A DNA stretch of 62,154 bases, filler included, from Choristocarpus tenellus KU-1152 (Eukaryota > Protista > Phaeophyceae), in assembly GCA_964200185.2 (NCBI GenBank). It is 10 parts of 10 records of this genome, joined end to end, with 100 filler letters (N's around TTAATTAATTAA, not from the genome) between each part and the next. Parts side by side here need not be neighbours in the genome. Positions count along the whole stretch, not along the records: positions 1 to 4,345 come from CAXNAD020014999.1; positions 4,446 to 7,893 come from CAXNAD020019961.1; positions 7,994 to 18,097 come from CAXNAD020003151.1; positions 18,198 to 27,624 come from CAXNAD020003682.1; 6 more parts are not named here. The stretch is one strand, 5' to 3'. The notes under the pieces are model-generated. The model was not told where the DNA came from and did no database searches. It saw only the letters and a list, made by a program, of their open reading frames with translations. Every line of letters starts with the position of its first letter. The first letter of the stretch is position 1. The translations under genes were made by a program, and so were the position numbers. Positions 1-18,531 of the stretch are shown here, one piece after another.

Positions 1-61
1 CCAAAAAAAGCGTAAAACCGCCCCCCCCCCCCCCCCCCCCCCCCCCCAGATACTTTGACCC
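1..61. mobile_element. Right end of TIR/MITE subfamily B (poly-C + AGATACTTTGACCC), truncated by contig start
   Basis: Same terminus as the full copy at 22082-22256. Confidence 0.7.
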
Positions 62-312
62 AAGTGATCATGCTTGGTGCACACACACACACACACACAG
101 CCGCTGTTCCACTAATCTACGGTAGCAGAGTACTATCCTAGGGAGTATCTCTTGCTCGTTTTTCATTTTTTTTATGTGAAGAAATGCCTGGACAGATTTG
201 TACGTATTTAAAATATTTAATAAAGTTGACCTATATATACATATATATATGTATAAATATTAATATTAATATTAATACTAATATAAATATTGTGTCTTTT
301 TTCTGCACACAG

Positions 313-1708
313 TGGGGCGAAGACATTTCGTAAGCTCCTTCGGAAAACTGTTCGTGGCCCCATCACACGTATCAATAACAGGAATGTCCTCCCTGACCGC
401 TTGGAGGCAGGCCTCACGATGCGAAAGGTGGGTAGGAGTTTGTTTTGATTGTGAGGCGGGAACATGCAAGCAGTGGCAAGTGACGTTTGAAGAGTCGGAG
501 CGCGTGCGTGGTGATGCAGCGAGGTGGTTTCAATTTTGAATGAAGAGACAACTCCGTGTGGGGTACCTACCATGGTGTTGGGGTCGTATGTATCTGTTGA
601 ATTTGTTTACGCTGCAGCAGTTTCTCAACGGCCTCATCAAGTACATAGTCAAGCACTCAGTTCACTGGTGGCATAGGGCCGGTCGGAAGCGTAGTGTTTC
701 TGGATTTTTCTGTGCCTAGCATTAGCTGTGGGTGGTTGCATTGGCTGCGGGGCTTTGGCGTCTCTGCTGTTGCTGAACCTCGAGATACCACTTTACTTTG
801 CTTTTTTTTTTGTCAGATGGGGCCCCTTTGGCGAATCGCTTTGCTGCTGGGGCTAACAGGGGATTTGGGGACACAGTATATCCTGGATAGCGCCGACAGG
901 TGAGAAGTGGGTGTTCCTTATTTCCTCTTTCAGATGCAATCAGGCCCTCTTGTTGTTTTCTGAAGGTGGTGTGTGGATGGAAGTTTTTAGCCTCTCGCTG
1001 TTGCCATTGTTTGGGTCACTCCTCAGGCTGCAGGGTCCATTGTGAAGTCTATTGGTTGAGGACCGTGGTCTAGGTGTACAATGGGTCTGGTTCTGGTCCC
1101 TCCTGAGGTACTGTGGTTCCTTTGTGACAATACACAGAACCACGCGTATCTCCGGCCGTAGGTTGTGGTAGAAGTAACATGCTTGGAGGCCCCCGTGTGT
1201 GTAAAACTATGATACTGCAGTGTTGGGAATATTTTCGATGTGTTACTATTTAATGACATAGGGTCAAAAACGGACGCCAGCACCCCCCCCCCCAGATACT
1301 TTGACCCATTATATTAATAGTAGTGTTGTAGTGTGCAAGCTGTTGAAAGGGTGAACAGGCGACAGAGTTGAGATACAGACGAAGTGTTGGAAGGAAAAAA
1401 AAAAAAGCAGGGCATTTTTGATTGGGTAAAAAAATGTTTTTTTTGTCTATTTAAATAGTTGCAGTCAAATTCCACTATGTTAGTGAGATATGTATCTGTT
1501 GTAACTTGTGTGAAAAATTTTGAAAATTGCGTCTTTTCTTTTCCTGGGTCCTGTGCCTGCGTGGTTAGCTAGTGCTATGATAGGTACATCATACATCGTG
1601 TGCCTCCCTCCCAACCCACACTGAAGCCCCAGGCTACTTGTTTTTTTGGAGAAAAATCGTGGGAGTGATTAGTAGTTTTGGTTAATCCCACTCGTTTTTC
1701 TGCCTCCT

Positions 1709-1746
<38 letters not shown>

Positions 1747-2969
1747 TTTTGTTGCAATCATATTTTTTCTTCCTCCTCGGTTTGACTTTTTTTTGTATCT
1801 CCATTTTTTTTTTGCTGTATATTTTTAGTCCCTTGAAATATATAATAACATACCACTTGTTACTTTTGTTTGTTTGTTGGCAAGGGTTCGAACTGTCAAG
1901 GAAGAAGATGATGCCATCATCGGAGCTCACCTTAGTATGAGCCATTCGATCATGACCATGGGGCTGGATGAGGTTTGGGATGAGCGTCCGCTCTTTGGCG
2001 GTAATGAGGTGGCCAAGATATTACCCAGGCTGCCCCGTGGCCCCATGTACAGAGTCGTTATGCAAGTGAGTTGCTATAATCACTGTACTGGGTGGAGAGT
2101 GGGTAACGCCTGATCATATTGGATTGCGTTCTTCATCTTTGTGTGATATGGAGGAGTTATGTGTTTGTAAGAGTGAGAGTTACCTTTGTGCGTCTGGGTG
2201 TTTCTTATGGGTGGCGTTGGGAAGTATGACTGGGAGAGATTGAAGTTTGACATGGAAGTGTATTGTTATGGATGTACAATGTACCTCTGGTTGTTTGGGT
2301 TAGTTGGAGGTCGTTAGGGATGCGATTGGCGCATTTTGTTCTTGTGGCACCAGTCCAAAGGGACTGTGATGAGTGATCTGTGATGAATGTAGTACTGTAG
2401 TACAACAAAATATTATTAGCATACTTTGTGTAGCACTGTTGTAGTATTTACTAAAGAACTACTGAGTCGTGATGGGGAAGGTTGGGATGGGATACATTAA
2501 TTGTTTGTAAAAGTAAGTCATGCTTCATTCCTTGTAGTGGTTTGAGATTTTTGCGTAATGACCTCTGAGCTTACGTACATGTACTTACTGCATTTTTTTG
2601 TGAGCAGTGGATCCAGGGATGGGATGATGCGGTCACTTACTGTTCTGATACTATTTATGACTGGGGTCACTGCAGACAACCTTGGTAGAGTGTTATCTTT
2701 GCCTGGGCATGCTGCCTTCGTAGTGTTGACAGACACTGAGATCTTGGAACTGCACTTTCAGGCAGATACACACAATACTGTATCCTCCGACACTCATGTT
2801 ATACATTACTATATCTTCATCCAACCAATCTCACCTCAGAACCCCCCCCCCTCTACCCCCTGCCCCATCCCTCGTGCAGAAACAAATTGAATTCATGCTG
2901 AAAAACCCAGGGGCAACCAAGGAGGAAGGAGAAGCATTCTTGAGAGAGGAGTTTAGTGGACATTGTTAG
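313..2969 (+). CDS. CCA1: CCA tRNA nucleotidyltransferase (class II, CCA-adding enzyme), 3' portion; 5' end lies off-contig
   Basis: Exons 313-427, 817-899, 1885-2065 and 2880-2969 have AG/GT boundaries and matching phases. They translate to ...DRLEAGLTMRK|MGPLWRIALLLG...|...TMGLDEVWDERPLFGGNEVAKILPRLPRGPMYRVVMQ|KQIEFMLKNPGATKEEGEAFLREEFSGHC*. This matches the C-terminal pattern of eukaryotic class II CCA enzymes (LD.VW..KPL..G....L...P.GP...Q..W.L.NP..T.E). The catalytic N-terminus is not in the window. Confidence 0.75.
1261..1307. mobile_element. Truncated right end of MITE subfamily B in a CCA-enzyme intron
   Basis: GGGTCAAAAACGGACGCCAGCA-C11-AGATACTTTGACCC aligns to about 22212-22256. 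Confidence 0.65.
1711..1743 (+). repeat. (CT)n microsatellite
   Basis: Read directly from the sequence. Confidence 0.9.
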
Positions 2970-4277
2970 TTCAGACACACACATGACATGCCAGGGTGGA
3001 ATGAGAAGTAGTAGGATTGGGGGTAGGGGAGGAGGGGGCTCTGGCTTCCACTTGCTATTACCTTACCTAATGTTCTGGTGGGAAGTGGAACCAATAGTTG
3101 ACAAAGTCCCTTGATGATCTTATTTCCAAGAGTGCATGGTAGTTGTGAGGCAGCATGTGTTTGTAAATTCCTCTCTCCTTGTCAACCCCTTGGTGTGGGC
3201 CATTTCATATAGAAAGAGGGACCCCTGTTGTTGTCTTGAGATAGCTTGAACATATCACCTAGTCCAGCTGTGAAAAATAGACCTGAGGTTTGATCACGAT
3301 GGGAGTGTTGTGTACAATAGGGGGTGGGCTGGAAGGAGAAGGGGGGTAATGATGAAGTGAGGTCTGTATGATGATGGTGGTCTGTTTTGGCATACACAAC
3401 ATGTGCAATATTGCACACATGTATTGTCATCTTGTGAGCATAAAGAACAGTTGGGGGTGTTCGAAGAACAACTCTAGTGCTTTTTGCCTCTGAGCCAACG
3501 CTACTTCAAAGCACTTCACAAGGCGCCATGTACTGAGACAGGGGCTTGTATCGTATGATAGGAGCACATAATGCTCATTGCAGTGGTTGAAGAAGGTGAC
3601 TGTGGTCATCGCAGCAATCCTAGGGGTTTTTGTAGTACTTCCTGGAAAGTATCCACATCGCATTCTCACGCATATTTCCTCTTTTGCTCTGTTTTATTAT
3701 CAATGCTATAAAGGAAGGACTGTTATTATATGGTCGTAGTAGTGCTGGTGGAGCACTGTGTGTGCTGAATGCTAATGGCATTGTGTTTGTGTGTTGGTCT
3801 GTAGAGGGTGAGAGATACGAAAGAAATATCACAAGTGGCAGGTATTGACCTTACTGAGTGACCATGGTTTCAAACTATATTTATACAACCTTTTTCTGCT
3901 AGTACAGACAGGTTTGAAATTTATCTGTGTGAACTTCTCACTGTACGGTACAGTGGTGAGTGACACGTCAATTGTGGTTTGCTCCAATCAATGAAGTTCA
4001 TTTGACTGGGTTGTACATGTGCGACGTGGGCTGTTAGTAAGTCTCCATAGTTGAGTCTCATGGGTTTTAGAGGGGGGGCAAGAATCCTTATCTACACCTG
4101 TGCTTTGTGATGTGCTGTGAGTGTTTAGGTTAATACACATCAAAGTAATACACACCCACAAAAGAAGCTAAAAAACTTCCTGGTTGGAGTTCCACCATAA
4201 TGAGGAACAGAACAGGTGGCAAAGAAAAATAATACACTCCTTCAATCATACAGGCTCAAGACTTGAGTACTATCACT

Positions 4278-4345
4278 GGCTCAAAGTATCTGGGAGGGGG
4301 TGGCGGCTGTCCATTTGGGGTCAATTTTTTCATGTCGAGATTTTT
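4278..4345. mobile_element. Left end of MITE subfamily C (GGCTCAAAGTATCTGGG...), truncated by contig end
   Basis: Reverse complement of the ends at 7380-7409 and 30583-30625. Confidence 0.7.
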
Positions 4346-4445
4346 NNNNNNNNNNNNNNNNNNNNNNNNNNNNNNNNNNNNNNNNNNNNTTAATTAATTA
4401 ANNNNNNNNNNNNNNNNNNNNNNNNNNNNNNNNNNNNNNNNNNNN
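4346..4445. other. Artificial contig linker (44 N + TTAATTAATTAA + 44 N)
   Basis: The identical 100-bp spacer, with stops in all six frames, also occurs at 7894-7993, 18098-18197, 27625-27724, 30483-30582, 36754-36853, 39853-39952, 48891-48990 and 53314-53413. A separate 10-N gap lies at 39456-39465. Confidence 0.97.
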
Positions 4446-4859
4446 TAGTAAAATGTTCTGATAACTCAACCACAAATTGTTTGTTCCGTTACTCTGTAAC
4501 TGTCTACGTAACTGTCCGATAGAGTTGGAAGAGTCTAATCAAACAACATAATCGAGACTTAGCGTCACTTTTTGACCAAAGGAGAATACACTTCCGCCTT
4601 GTTTTAATGTTGCGAAGATTGTTCCGCTTTCTTTATGCTTTTGTTCCTAAAAAAAAATTAAGCAAGCTTTTCGGCGTACCTTCGCAGCTCTGAACTACCT
4701 CTCGTTTACGCCAAACCGTCGCAGTGTACCATGCACACAACTTAGCGACATCCAACAATAAGCGTACATCTGTGAACAGGTCGTTTCCGTAATTGCCTTC
4801 ACCATACTTTTATCGATTAAAGCATTGATTCCATTTATCAAAAATCCAAATAATTAATG

Positions 4860-5782
4860 ACTCTAAACGATGACATCATATTTTTCCATGCTTCTTAAGC
4901 CCGATGACACGAACGTACATAAAACCAGGTCTACAAATGCATTATCCATGCCACTGATGCAACCATATCGACCGAAATGTGCGACATGGCCCACCCCTGA
5001 CCCACGTGGACAGCCGTCACCCCAACCCAGATACCCGAATTTGAAATTCATATGGGATGTTCCCCAAAATCTTGGAATTTTTTCAACAAGCCTATCCCCA
5101 TCCCTGTTCAGCTACCTCTCATATACCCCAAGCCCCCCCGTATACCTAGAATCGATGTACGTCTACGAAAAGAACTTTTACATACTACACCTCACCATAC
5201 TTCAATCAATGAAACCATTTATTCACTTCGATCAAGTCTAAATTATCAATTACACAAATCATTATACTTCAATCAATTAAGCAACTCATTCCACTCCATA
5301 AAATCTGAATAATTAGTAACACGAGTAATCATACTTCACAATGAGCGTAACCATTTGTACACTTCATGAAGCCTGAACCATCAGTTACACAAACCAATTA
5401 CAAGACATTTTTCCATACTTACTGAGCAAAACCACACGAACGTGGGTACTTTAACACATACATAAATCAATGAAAACATTTGTTTACTTCATAAAAGTCT
5501 AAATAATCAAATCACACAAACCAATGACGGCATTTTTCCCCTTACTTCTTCAGCACAAGTACACGAAAGTATGTACGTAGTGGTCTACAAAATACATTAT
5601 ACATCCCACATATGCAACCAGCGAACCCTAAAATCGCAACACGTAAGAATTGGCCCCAAATGGACAGCCGCCACCCCCTCTCAGATAGTTCAGCCCTCAA
5701 GATCGAATCAAAATCGCGACATATGGAAAACTGGGCCCCGAAGGGACTGTCCCCACCCCCCCCCCCAGATATACTTTGACTC
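4860..5782. mobile_element. Longer member of the AAAGTATCT TIR family with internal ~130-bp degenerate tandem repeats; right TIR ends at 5782
   Basis: Ends ...CCCCCCAGATATACTTTGACTC. The subterminal motif TGGACAGCCG(T/C)CACCCC recurs at about 5007 and 5661. Three related units start near 5196, 5330 and 5457. Confidence 0.55.
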
Positions 5783-7232
5783 ATTTCTGCATCTCAGCTA
5801 CAGCCGCAGCGATACCATTGTTCAACGATGATTCTTCTATGCGACATTCCACTTAAACCTCTGCAATGGTCACATCCAGGAGACCCTTTCCCCCATAGGG
5901 AGTCGTGTGAACGGAACAGACAGCACTTCAGCATGGACAGCCACATCCATGCAGAAATTCCGGTCAATGGTGAAGGGAATCTAATTCTCCACAGTCAAAA
6001 AACTACCTTCCAGGTCTCAGATTCACAGGGAGGTTTGCCAGGTGGATGTGGATTGAATCTAAGCGGACCCTCCTGAAGAGAGACAAATAAACTTACATGC
6101 TGGGTCTATCTTGGTGTTCCTCCCTCATGCATCGTGCGTTGCCAGGGTGTGGACTTCTCACATCGAGGTCATAGGCGCTGTACCACCCCAGTCTGCCCAG
6201 CAATTGCTAACAATTGCGGCAAGGTCCTCAACGGGGACTCCTGTAGGAACGATTGCGTGGATTGATACCCTAACAGTCTGACTCAGTGTGGGTAGGTTCC
6301 GTGACCCAGAGCTCTCCAACATATCTGCCACATGAACTTGGATGTTAATGTCAGTGCCTTACAAGTGCACTCAGAGTAACAACGCCATCAGAGTCCTGTG
6401 CAAGGTTGATGCCCGCTGTGGTCACGAGTTCTCCAGCTCTGACTGCCAAGGCTAGTGGACCTGACTGAGAAGGTGTCAATTAAAGTCTTCTCTTTTGTCG
6501 AGAATACTCACCTTCTTAGATCTGACTTGCTGACTTGTTGGTACACTCTTATGCCTATAGAGTAAATCCTTTGGTTAGAGAGGGACAACTACAAAAAACT
6601 GCATGATGAAATCCCTCGGGGACCAAATGTATTCTTCAGCAACTTGGAGGTGGAGAGACTTGAGGAGCCTATAGGGTTACCTTGTGCTCCTGCCCTGGAC
6701 TGAAAGACTTTTACCCCCCAAGTACATCAAAACAAGGGGAAGGGTACCTTCACCGAGCTTCCATATAGGCTTTTCAGGTAGAAGTGAAGAACCATCAGAG
6801 GACCTCTAGGATAGTCTCAATGAAGGCATGGCAATGCACGCTGCTAAATGCATTATTTCCATCTAGGCTCAAGACCCATTCACAACACTCAACAACTATT
6901 CTATTCCAACCCTGATCACGGCACTCAAAAACTCACAAAAAGAACGGACCTAGGAACCCTGGTCATCAATAAAGCGTGGTGAAAGATACCCCAGAGAATA
7001 TCACAAACATGCCCGTCAAATCTTTAAGTGTTTTCTTGTCTTATATCAACACAACAAAAATGCCTTTTCACATAAATTAAGATCCATTTCTAGAGTCAAA
7101 CTGTGGAAAGAAATAGCCGTTTCAGACATTCTCACCCTACAAAGGACATATACATACTTTGAAGAAACGTAATCCATAACCTACTGATCGCTTTCATAAG
7201 TTGAGGAAAACAAGACATAGGCCTGTTACACT

Positions 7233-7409
7233 GGCTAAAAGTATCTGGGGGCGAGGGATGGTCTACACTAGGTGTACATTCGGGTGTTGATCAGGAAAAG
7301 TGCACTTACAATATCCATCCGACGCTGCAATAAAATCACGCAAAAATCACAACATGTAAAAATGGGCCCCGAATTGGCAGCCATCACCCCCACCCCGTTA
7401 CTTTGAGCC
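7233..7409. mobile_element. Full MITE, subfamily C
   Basis: Inverted termini GGCTAAAAGTATCTGGGG ... CCCCGTTACTTTGAGCC. Confidence 0.7.
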
Positions 7410-7993
7410 ACTACTTAGTCTAAAATGCTGGAAATTGCACACAGAGAAGGGGCCGTACACGATCTAATATGCAACCCAGTCATGTAGTCACCCAGGGATT
7501 ATCGATGGTTTACAGCCTACGTCTATTTGCTACACCTATCCTAACCCATCCCCTGACGTTACATATTTTTCCCTGGTGCGAGCAAGCTCTCCTCAAAGAG
7601 AGGAGAAACATTTTATTACTAGGATCCTGACGCAAGAATAAGTCTACTCCAGAGAAGCTGTTAGAAACAGAATGGGAGTTTTCCCTCTCCCATGACCATG
7701 TTTACGGGTTTGTAAGGGTACAGTTGTGGTGTATGATTTGTGCTGCATCCTTGAGAGAGTAGTCCAATCCAGATCTTGTCTGACGTGGTCGATTGGGCAT
7801 TTATAGAAACGGTTGAAGCGTCCGAACCAAAAACAGCCGATCACCAAAATTAAGGATGGAGCATGCTATGGAGGATGAGTTTGACCCAAAATGNNNNNNN
7901 NNNNNNNNNNNNNNNNNNNNNNNNNNNNNNNNNNNNNTTAATTAATTAANNNNNNNNNNNNNNNNNNNNNNNNNNNNNNNNNNNNNNNNNNNN

Positions 7994-8026
7994 GAAAAAT
8001 TCGTACCCTCTAAAATAGTTTCACTC
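7994..8026. mobile_element. Right end of MITE subfamily A at contig start
   Basis: AAAATTCGTACCCTCTAAAATAGTTTCACTC matches about 31672-31702. Confidence 0.7.
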
Positions 8027-8466
8027 AGGGATTATGCTGGGAGTAAAAAAATAACATAAACTCGATTTCAACCTCTTATCAAACTAACCTTATATCCAAT
8101 AGGAAGTGTTAGACAAATTTAACACTTGAGAGAGGTAAGCAATAACACATGACATGAGGGATTTATGAGGTAACATTCTCATCATGTGTTAAGAGTTGTA
8201 CGGTGCATGACCCTGCATGTTTTATTAATGAGATACTGCACACACACACACACCCTACTGTACTGTGGTATACATTAAATGCAATTTTGTTGAAAATAGA
8301 TTACATTTTCATCATTGCAGTGTTTAATGTAATATTACAAATAAATGAACTAGCCCATCTTCATACCTTAAGCATTTCTCTGTTTGTAGCCCCTAAACCA
8401 AAACAAAGAATCCATCCATATCAGGGACTAACTAATCCCCCTCATCCCTGCAGTCGAAACCCAACG

Positions 8467-8710
8467 CACTGCTTTCCGTCATCAAACGAACTATTTATCC
8501 GTCATTTGTGTCTTCGGATTTGTTGGTTTGACGTCATCAATCTTTCGGAGCAGTGAAGCAATCTCTGCTCATTTCAGGAACTTATCAACCCTCCACCCCT
8601 TTTGCCTCAAAATCCCATTGCACTGCTTTCTGTCATCAAAAGAATAATATATATCCATCATTTGTCTTTGGATTTGTTGGTTTGGCGTCATCAATCATTC
8701 AGAGGCAGTG
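8467..8710. repeat. Two tandem ~90-bp imperfect hairpin units (period 154 bp), downstream of the last visible CDC48 exon (intronic)
   Basis: 8467-8555 and 8621-8710 are similar. Each is bounded by CACTGC...GCAGTG. Confidence 0.7.
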
Positions 8711-9085
8711 CAGCAGTTACAACCCTTCTAACCACCTCAGCTATGATTCAAGCAGCAACCCCATCTATAGCAAGTATCCATTCTGCTTGCAATGGGAAGT
8801 GCAATCAGCCTTCCACACCAACCATTGCAAAGTGAAGAATAAAAGCAATAGCAAGATAGAAAATTCTGTTCCCACTCTAAATTGTGCTCATTAGAAATCT
8901 ATTTGTTGCATGGGAAGACCATGATAAGGCCGGGCCATGCAGTGTATGATTCTTAAAAATAATATCTATGAACTTCAGCAAACTGGACATTCCTTATCTC
9001 TTACATCTAACCTATAACCCCCTTGTATTTTCACAGATAATTCTTGTGCATCATACCATAAAGATGTCAACAGTATTCTGATTCA

Positions 9086-14572
<5,487 letters not shown>

Positions 14573-17500
14573 CGTGTCGCTAGTGACTTTCTTGGTTAAT
14601 CCTTACGCTTCCCCGCCTTCCCGCTCAAAATGTTGAATAGCGTGCGATATGAACACAATTTATCGAGTACTACCACCAGACTTCCTCGGGTGCAGTGTCT
14701 ACCCGTTTCTTGTCTTCAATGAGCAAAGCTGTTGTCTTGTGGTGTTTTCTCTGTTGGGTTGGAATTGCGGTAGGGGGAAAAGTAGGTAAACTGATGATTC
14801 CCTTTGGAGTGCGACAGATTAGGGAAGTCTTCTAAAGAACAATCATATAAATTGCCATTTTCGAGATTCGTTACAGGGGATATTCCAAAGGCCTCTGAAG
14901 AACTTGAGTATCACCGCAGAAGGCGTCAAGAAGAGAAACGTTTTCTATCTATTTTGTTGTTGCAAACCACAATAAACCTTTTACGCCCCTAAAGACGGAA
15001 GGTACTCTGTGGCAGTGTTGCGGGTTCCTTGGGCATTGTCATTGATGAAAGTATTTTGCGGATTTGTCCAGCCCATTTGCTGTAACTAAGTTGTACTAGA
15101 TACCCTGGGATGAGACCCCAAAGCGCGAAGACCAGCGCCAGGACGCAACCACGACGATGGGTGCGGGAAGAATGGAGGATTGATGACCAGGAGGCACAAA
15201 AGGCAATGGGAGGTAAGTTCTTGAGCTCTAATTAGCGGTTCGTCCCCAAGAGACAGAGAATTACCTTTCAACTCTACGTAGTGATGAGATGAGATGATAT
15301 ACCTGGGTCATCCCCCTTCTCTTTACCTTTGGTTCTCATTCTTGCACCAAAGCCACCGCACTATGTTGTGTTATTGAATCTAACTAATCATATAGCGCTC
15401 CCTTCCAGTAGTTTCTTAAGGATATATCCCAACTAATACAAAGGCACACGCGCTGGCCATGATTTGGACAGGGGGCGAGGGGGTAATTCTGAGACCAAGG
15501 AGTGCACCAGGTCGACGAAAAACTATCAGAGGCTCTCAGGTAAAGCACAGAACGTCCTTCGTTGCAAAATAGTCTGGAGAAAGTTAGCCAGCGGAACTGT
15601 TCCCACAATTTCTCTTGACACCCGCGATCATCTGGAATTAGTTATATTGCAGTTCAAAGTCAATCTCTACCATACGAAAGCTCCTGGAGGTCAATTGTTG
15701 GTTGTAGATGTTCAAAATGATGTCTTGCAAGATACTGAGTAGTTGAAGGTTATAGTACATGATACAGATTCACGCCATCCTGGTTAAAACTATGTGGTTC
15801 TTGCCGTCAACTTCTCCTCTAGTTAGTTCTCATACGAAAATAATCCAATTCACCCCAGCTACTGAATAGAGTCGAGAAAAGGGATTGCATTTTGTAGTTA
15901 CATCCTCAACAACTAATCATGGAGCTCTATTCAGAAGCTTCTTTTTGGTCCTCCCATTCCAATAATCATGATCTGCTTGAGATGAGAGCGACATGTCCTT
16001 GATAATGCCTCCAACTTGAATATCTTCAAATAAACTACAAATGCAAATTTGTTCACAATGCTTTGTGTGAGCTCCCCATTGTTTAGGCCAATCTGAACTG
16101 AATTCATCTGTCTGGCATTATCTCTATATGCTTGTGCCTCCCTGCAAACAAATCGATACACAGTCAAGAGAAAAGTGTGTGTACCACATCTACACGGGCC
16201 ATAGGGTACGAGAAAGTCAGTATCCAACCAGTACATCATGGCCATCAAGAATTCGGAAGCAAGACAGTGATGGGGGTGCTGCTGCTTGTGCTGTTGGGTC
16301 AATGGTGAGAAAAATGTTGTCCTACATTCTTGAAGACACAAACAAAGGGGACTAGAAAGCATATATATATATAAGCACATTCAGATTCACCACCTCTGAG
16401 CAGTTACAATTAAGGGCCTCAGAAACAACTTCAGGGTAGCAGTGGGAAGGGAATGTAACCCTTCATACACGATTGACAATTTAGGGAAGGGTTGTTTTTT
16501 GAAGCCATGGCATTTACAAATTCTTCACCTTGTCCTCTATCTACCCCCCAAAACAAAAAGGGGGGAATAAAAAATCAATTAGCCATATCAGAAGGAAGAG
16601 AATTCTCCCCCAACGAGAAACATTTGCTCAAGCATCATATTTATAACTAGCTGTTGTTCAAGCTACATCATAGAGTCATGCCAACATCCACCATAACAGA
16701 TCATTACTCCATATAAATTATTTCTACTTCTACTGCGACTGCTATTATATCTAAATTAGTGTGAGGGGTGTCAGGTTGCATGGCAACTTTGAGGAGGAAA
16801 GCAACAACAAGAACAAATGTAAAGAGAAAAATATGAAATACGAAGTGTGATAGCAAATTTACAAAAGTTAATTTTACGAAAGTCAAGAGTAAGATAGGAG
16901 AATCAAGAGAAGTACGGCCCATTCAATAGCACCCACCAAAGTGCAAACGCTATCAATATCACAGCATCAAGGGTCAAAGCTCATGGCGGTATTCATCCAC
17001 CCAAATCACCAGATATCATAACATTCCAATGAAACTCCCAAAACAATCCAAACATAAATTATTGTCCTTTGTCACCTCAGCTGCTGTAGGTACTTTAGCA
17101 TGGCGGACTACAAGCTTAATGAGTATTTCTAGGCAAACCAACCCTCTATGAAATGCCTAGGTTGGCCAAATTCACATCTGCAATACCTGTATTATTTTGC
17201 TGCACATGGACACCACCCCATCTCGAGGATCCTATGATGGTGAAGACTGTCACAGAAACAGAGCCTCTCCTGTCTGTCCTGCCTCCACTTTTCACCTCCA
17301 ATTTTCCCAAATATTTAAGGCCTCAGGTTGTCACTTGCTCCTCATTCACATAACTGACCCTATAAACAGGAACCTACATTTCTGTAGAGTCGTCCCAATA
17401 CTGTAATGCCCAGTTTGAACAAGAACATATCTGTGTATGTTTGACAGCTTGATATCAGCGCAGTCCTGAGTGCAGAATCCAATGCCCTGCTACTACCCCT

Positions 17501-18029
17501 ATTGTCAAGACAATGTTGTTGTATCACTATCATCAATCGAGAAAGAAGTGGAGCAGAAAAAAGTCTATGTACGACAAGCAAACACAAGGGAAATCCTGAC
17601 CGCTGATACCTATTTATATGCATCCAATAGTTAAAAACAACAGCACTTATCCCACTACTCATTTAATCCTACTCATCCTACCCAACAGGACAAATGGAGT
17701 CCGGGGAGAGTTGGAGTACCCCTCTTTGGTAGAAGTGGACCCAAGCTCACTGTTCGGGCTCCAACCAGGCTGCCCACTCGGCCGGAGTGGCCAACTCCAG
17801 CAACAGCTGCCAGTGTACGGAAATACCTGGGGCTCGTCCAGAAGGCTAGGGTGAGGAAATAACCAGTATATATTAGATATTACTGTTGTAGCTATTGCTA
17901 AAGGGCCATACAGTTTTCCATGGAGTGGCAGGCATCTGTTCGGGGTCATAATATAAAGTTGCGATTTTGATATCACCAGATCCGGAACAGAGAAAAATGA
18001 AAATTAGTTTTCAAAACCAACAATTCTTG

Positions 18030-18097
18030 TGCCTAAAGTATCTGGGGGGGGGGGGGGGGGCAGCTGTCCAATGGGGGACAATTTTTTTTGTTGCAAT
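18030..18097. mobile_element. Left end of AAAGTATCT-family MITE with poly-G, truncated by contig end
   Basis: GCCTAAAGTATCT-poly-G-CAGCTGTCCAATGGGG. Confidence 0.65.
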
Positions 18098-18197
18098 NNN
18101 NNNNNNNNNNNNNNNNNNNNNNNNNNNNNNNNNNNNNNNNNTTAATTAATTAANNNNNNNNNNNNNNNNNNNNNNNNNNNNNNNNNNNNNNNNNNNN

Positions 18198-18298
18198 TCA
18201 ATCTCCACAGTGGCTACCAAATCACAAAAAAAAAGTGAGCATCGAAAAAAGGGGGAAACACGGACGCCGCCCCCCCCCCCCCCCAGATTCTTTGACCC
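18198..18298. mobile_element. Right part of MITE subfamily B at contig start
   Basis: Aligns to about 22160-22256 (CCAAATCAC...ATCGAAAAAAGGG...CGGACGCCG-polyC-AGATTCTTTGACCC). Confidence 0.75.
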
Positions 18299-18531
18299 TT
18301 TTTCTTTTTTCTGTGTGGAGTTCCAATACTCTTTTGTGTGCGCTATGTGGTGTGTTGTGTGTGACTCCTTTGAGGAACGCTTTCCAATGCTTACCTCTTG
18401 CCAAGAACTGTGTTTTGGGTGCCGCAGTTATTGCATGGATGAGGGGTTTGAATCACGGAGTACAGGCGTTGAGCAAGCACCATAATTGACAGAAATATTT
18501 GTACCCCTGTAATAACTTTCCTATTCAACAG

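Noticed and set aside
3427-3669. hAT-like transposase fragment (TTVTFFNH...SPCLSTW...ALELFF)
   Set aside because: The resemblance is too weak to call without a profile search.
4390-4401. Recurrent palindromic TTAATTAATTAA between N-runs as a biological repeat
   Set aside because: It is an identical 100-bp six-frame-stop linker added during concatenation. Gene adjacency across linkers is meaningless.
5196-5600. CRISPR-like or other regularly spaced array
   Set aside because: The units are degenerate tandem copies without unique spacers. The context is eukaryotic and there are no cas genes.
8467-8555. SECIS element or C/D snoRNA
   Set aside because: The GA quartet is out of register, the location is intronic, and there is no terminal CUGA box D.
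15931-17850. Possible exons of another minus-strand gene upstream of CDC48
   Set aside because: Several GC-rich blocks have splice-like ends, but I could not join them in a consistent stop-free frame or recognise a domain.
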